DNA of 64,000 nucleotides from Marsupella aquatica. Its lineage: Eukaryota; Plantae; Marchantiophyta. The stretch is taken from assembly GCA_973895155.1 (NCBI GenBank), contig OZ316899.1, positions 13,271,934 to 13,335,933 on the forward strand, read 5' to 3'. The notes under the pieces were generated by a model. That model had not been told where the DNA came from. It saw only the letters and a list, made by a program, of their open reading frames with translations, and made no database searches. Shown here in pieces: positions 59,131 to 64,000 of the stretch. Each line of letters opens with the position of its first letter. Positions within the stretch are counted from its first letter, which is position 1. The translations under genes were made by a program, and so were the position numbers.

Positions 59131-62100
59131 TGCAGGAAAATTGTCAGCTTAAGACTAGACAGCAATGCGGGACATGAGAGCACTCAATCTCACACTACAC
59201 CAACAAGACACCACGATCATGAAAAAAATCCTGAAAGATCCATAGCTCATGAGATTGAACATGTGAAGAATGAGGGAGAGACTGCTCTCACTCCAACCTA
59301 TACCCCCCAAGGGGAACAAAGATGTGTGGGCCTAAATAAGTGGATCTTATCCTAAACTAACCAAGGGTCAATTAACCCTAGTAAGGCCAAACTAACTATA
59401 GTCGGAAATGAGAGTCAATTCCTAACAATCTCCACCTTGACTCCAGTTCACACAATGAGCTAGGTGATATACAATATGTAAATAAGTAACGACATATCTA
59501 CATAGTCTCCGGTTTGGCCCTAACATTAATTATATCCACACAATGACTAAAGTTACTGGTAGGTAAAACTTTGGTAAGCATGTCTGCTGCATTCTCCTCT
59601 GAAGCCACCTTCTCCAGAAACATCTACTTCATCTCAATCACCTCACGGATGAAGTGATAACAAATATCGATGTGCTTTGTCCTAGCATGGAACACAGGGT
59701 TTTTAGCCAGATGCAAAGCACTTTGACTATCACACAACAGCACCGGTCTTTCAGGTGAAAGACCAAAATCACTCACCAATCTCCGTAGCCAGATTAGCTC
59801 CTTGGTTGCCTCGCAAGCAGTCATGTACTCAGCCTCAGTAGTAGACAACGCAACATACAATTTCTAGCTAATACAACCTCCACCCAACATAAACACATAG
59901 CCTGTAGTAGACTTCCTATTATCCAAGTTACCAGCATAATCTAAATCTACATAACCTCCCAACTCTGATGTAGAGTCTGCTTTATCGTCAAATAGAATCC
60001 CACGATCTAAGGTTCCTTTCAAATATCACAAAACCCACTTCACTGCTTCCCAGTGAGGTTTACTAGGGTTTGCCATAAATCTGCTCAAAATGCTAACAGT
60101 GTGAGCAATATCACGTCTAGTGCATGTCATTGCAGACTTCAAACTACCCACAACACTATCATAGGGAACTTGTTTCATCGCCAATCTATCACTCTCACTA
60201 GAAGGGCAATCATTCTTTGAGAGTTTAAAGTGGGAAGCCAATGGAGTACCAACTGGTTTTGCATTCTCCATCCCATACTTGGCAAGTACTTTCTCTAAAT
60301 ACTGCCTTTGAGACAACCATAATTGCCTCTACTCCCTATCACAATGAATCTCCATCCCTAGAATCTTCTTGGCCTGACCCAAGTCCTTCATTGAAAACTC
60401 CTTACTCAGCATTGCTTTCAGATGGGCAACATCAAAGTTATTCTCAGCCAGGATTAGCATGTCATCCACGTATAGTGCAAGCACAATGTAACCAAAGCGT
60501 GAATAATTCTCCACCTCCTTCATGTAAATACAACAATCATGTTCACTCTGTGTGAACCCTTGAGACAACATGAAGGAATCAAAATGCTTATTCCATTGTC
60601 TGGGACTCTGCTTCAAACTGTATAACGAGCGCAAGAGCTGACACACAAAGTGTCTGGTATTCTCGTCACTAAAACCTGGAGGCTGAGTCATATAAATCTC
60701 CACATCAAGCAATCCATGCAAGAAAGCAGTAACTACATCCATTAGATCTAACTCAAGATCATAGAATGCCACAATTGCAAGTAAAACACGGATAGTAGCG
60801 AGTTTGACAACTGGTGAGAAAATCTCTATGTAGTCCAAGCCCTCCTTTTGGGTGTACCCTTTGGCCACAAGGCATGCCTTGTAAGTGTCATCTTGCTTCT
60901 TCTTGTACAACCATCTACACGGAACCAGTGTCTTCCCGTGAGGCATGTCCACTAAGCGCCAAGTTGAATTCTTCTTCAAAGAATGCATCTCCTTGAATAT
61001 CGCCTCCATCCACTTATCCTTCTCTAGAGAGGCCATAGCTTCTTCATAGCTAAAGGGGTCTCCATCTTCAATGAACAATATAACACCGGGATCATCGTCA
61101 TGCTCAACAACATGAACACGAGGATCTACAAAACCAAATCTATCAGGGGGTTGGCCAAGATTGGCCCTTGTGGAGCGCCTCAATTGAGGAACTGCACCTC
61201 TACTAGAGGGACCAACAGCTTCCTCAACACCATCAAGCTCCACCGTAGCGGGTTCCTCCACCTGCTCCTCTTGATTATCTTCTTGACAACCATTCTTTGT
61301 CAAAAACAACATTCTGCTCACAACTGCCTTGCAATCTACAGGATCCCACAATTTGTAGCCCTTCTGTCCAGAACTAAAGCTTAGAAAAATACATTTCTTA
61401 GACTTGGGATGCAACTTAGACTTGTGTGGCTGCTCAATGTGAACATAGGCAGCACACCGAACAACTCGGAGTCTAGAGTAATCAGCACGTCTCTTATACC
61501 ACAACTCAAATGGAGTCTGCATTAACTTACTACTGTGTGATGACAGGTTGTACACATATGCAGCTTGATTGACAACTTCAGCCCAAAAATTATTGGCCAA
61601 CTTGGACCTACATAGCATGCTGCGTGCTTTCTCCAGTAATGTCCGATTCAACTGTTCTGTCACTCCATTCTGTTGCGGGGTCTCCGGTATAGTGTAATGA
61701 CGCTTGAGGCCAAGGTCCGAACCAAATTGGTCAAACTCATTGGACTTACACTTGCCACCATTATCTGACCAAACACACTTCAACTCCTTCCCAGTTTGTA
61801 GCTCCACCATGGCTTTCCACTCCTTGAAGGTCCAAATACTTGAGACTTCTCCTTCATGTAGTACAACACATTTGAGAGTAATCTTCTACAAATGTCACAA
61901 AATATCTGTCTCCACCCAACGACGGCTCCGGCGCTGGACCCCAAACATCCAAATGTACATACTCAAGAATCTCATGAGAATGGTAGGAACTAGAACTGAA
62001 ACTCACTCTCCTCTGCTTGCCATAGATGCAATCTTCACAGAAAGGAAGTTTTCCAGATTGTGCGCCTTGCAACAATTCTTTATTTGCCAAGGTTGCCAAT

Positions 62101-63106
62101 CGATCCTTTACCACTCAAGTGCCCTGGACGTGCATGCCATAAATCTATGGCCTGTGTGCGACCAGATGTCGATGGTGCTTCAATTGAAGCAACCAACAAT
62201 GCCACTGCATCCAATGTTCCACCACAAAATCCACATGCTCCACTCTAGGAGCAATGACATCTCCTTGCAAGATGTACAAATTATTCTATCGGAGGGCCTT
62301 AATCAAAGATACCTCACCTTTGACAACAAGGAGCGCACCATCACGTGCAGTGAAATGATATCCACCAGCTTCCAAAGCACCAAGAGAAATCAAGTTCTTA
62401 GAGATGTCTGGTATGTGCTTGACTTCCGTCAATGCTCGTACAACACCATCATTGACGGAAGTCAACACACTTCCGTCAAGATGATTGATTATTCCCTTAA
62501 GCCAATGTGGCTTATTATATGTTGTACATTGGGGTAGTTGTAACTACCCTTTCCTAGTCTTGTGTCTCTTTATATCTAGGTATTGCATACCTCTTTGTAT
62601 CATATGGGCTAAGGGTTAAATATATTCTAACAAACATCAACATTTTCTCGAGGAAAACATCAACCCAAGACCCGTAAGAGATCAAGTCGAGCACAAAGAC
62701 TCCATAGCCAAAGAGATTAGGCTACAAACAACAAAACATAAAATGATATTGCTCCGCACTCGCCGAATGAAATGCTGTGAAACTTTCATTGAGACAAAGT
62801 GCCTGCCGCTGCACACAATGAAATGCAAGATTGTCCGCCTGACAGTACATTCACAAAACCAAAGACACATCCGACACTTCTAATATGAAGTTTCAATCAG
62901 GAAACAGTCACTCCTTCTGAACGCAAAACCTCCAGCACACAACGACCAGTGACACAATCACACGAAAACAATCTGATCCGTCACCATGATTCAACACAAA
63001 GAATACTCTCACCACTGTCCAGGCAACTGAATGTCAAACACAAAGCTCTGATACCACTTGTAGGAAACCGTCAGCTCCAGACTAGACAGCAATGCGGGAC
63101 ATGAGA
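59131..63106 (-). mobile_element. Ty1/copia LTR retrotransposon (gag deleted; 5' LTR cut by a chromovirus insertion)
   Basis: 3' LTR 59131-59427 (TG...CA); PPT AGGTGGAGAT at 59428-59437; PBS TGGTATCAGAGC (tRNA-iMet) at 63045-63056; 5' LTR remnant at 63059-63106. Confidence 0.92.
59560..62480 (-). pseudogene. copia pol (integrase, RT, RNase H), frameshifted
   Basis: VHLDVWGP, SDNGG, TPQQNGV, KACLVAKGYTQ, MDVVTAFLHG, LYVDDML, STTEAEY, CDSQSAL..AKNPVFHARTKHID. Confidence 0.95.
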
Positions 63107-64000
63107 AGTCGCGGAACTCGACTACCTTAACACTTAGCTCCGGCATTGCTGACTCCGACACCGAGCTCCCTTATGGTCCAGGCCCGGATAGGCCATCCGG
63201 GGAGGACTTAGCATGGGGAGACTTGTGGGCAATGAGACGTGGCACTAGCGAGGCAAGGGGCCAAGTTGGGGACACAAACTAAGGACTTGGACTAGCCTAT
63301 GGCTGGTCGGGTCAAGGGGAAATGGGCCGAGCTCAAGGATGGCCGTCCAGACTGTCGGATGGGCTTTGAGTTTTGAGGGCTTGGGAGTGAGCTCCTCTTG
63401 GGCCCAAGGCCAATGGAGTTGACGCCGTTGGTAACGGACGCTTGGGGCGCAAGTTGTGGCCCGATCTGGGTTGGGCCGGTCAGGGGCCCCAAGCGGCAAT
63501 CAGACCTAGGCATGAGCACTGGGTCGGCCCGGTCACAACGGGCTAGGGCACTCTGCTTGCGGATGCCTATCAAGAAAGTTATAGGCGTTGTCAGTTGGTG
63601 GCGCACCCATTATGCGCGATGGGATCCGGGTTGGGGGCCAAATGTTTAGGGACCAAAGCTGGTCCGGGGGTGGCAGGTCTCCAGAATCATATATGAGGGG
63701 AGTGGTGTCTCCCTGGGGGCTAAGGTCGAGCCGAAGTCGTGAGCCGCGGCGATCGCGACACTAAGGGAAACCGCCAAACGGAAATGGCGATATCTCCCCA
63801 ACGGGAAGTCCGTTGGAGGACTTCTTAGGTGTGTTGGAAAGCTCTTGAGGAGGGCTACGCCCTCTTGAGATCAGCTGGGTCTGGAGGTGCCATGGGTTCT
63901 TGTGGTTTGCGGGTGTTAGCTCGCCCGTTTGCCAAATCCTACCGAATAGTAGCCAAGCCGCGTTCAGCCTCCCAAGGGAGCTTGCGTTGGGGAGGAAAGG
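63107..64000 (+). mobile_element. LTR of another copy of the chromovirus family; runs off the window
   Basis: Near-identical to 23302-24126 and 24487-24830; inserted into the copia LTR. Confidence 0.9.

Noticed and set aside
61704-62537. 277-aa plus-strand ORF
   Set aside because: Antisense shadow of copia pol; no motifs.
62482-62631. Solo-LTR fragment replacing copia gag
   Set aside because: AT-rich and ends CTAACA, but has no second copy or TSD in the window.

Overview
This is eukaryotic DNA, almost certainly from a non-seed land plant (inferred from the G3BP protein and the TE lineages). It is dominated by nested transposable elements around one intact spliced host gene, an NTF2-RRM-RGG G3BP-like gene (51759-54595, minus strand). 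The main result is a complete 9.5-kb Ty3/gypsy-type retroelement (7140-16688, 4-bp TSD CATC). Its decayed polyprotein is Gag-protease-DNMT3-like C5 DNA methyltransferase-RT-RNaseH-DDE integrase-PHD finger. It has no ordinary paired LTRs. Instead it has split direct repeats (A...B-A-B), a palindromic GACA-GC-TGTC internal junction that resembles an integrase circle junction, and a Tf1-like self-priming site in place of a tRNA PBS. It sits inside a hAT element with long inverted arms that carries kinase and RING cargo. A second, truncated copy of the same family is interrupted by an intact-ended 17.2-kb CACTA element (26489-43721, TSD AAT), which carries EDM2-like PHD, tandem-BRCT and F-box cargo genes. 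The window also holds two more CACTA ends, a chromodomain gypsy element, a gypsy gag-PR relic, and a PIF/Harbinger element with a copia element inside it. All homology calls come from reading motifs by eye; no database search was run.
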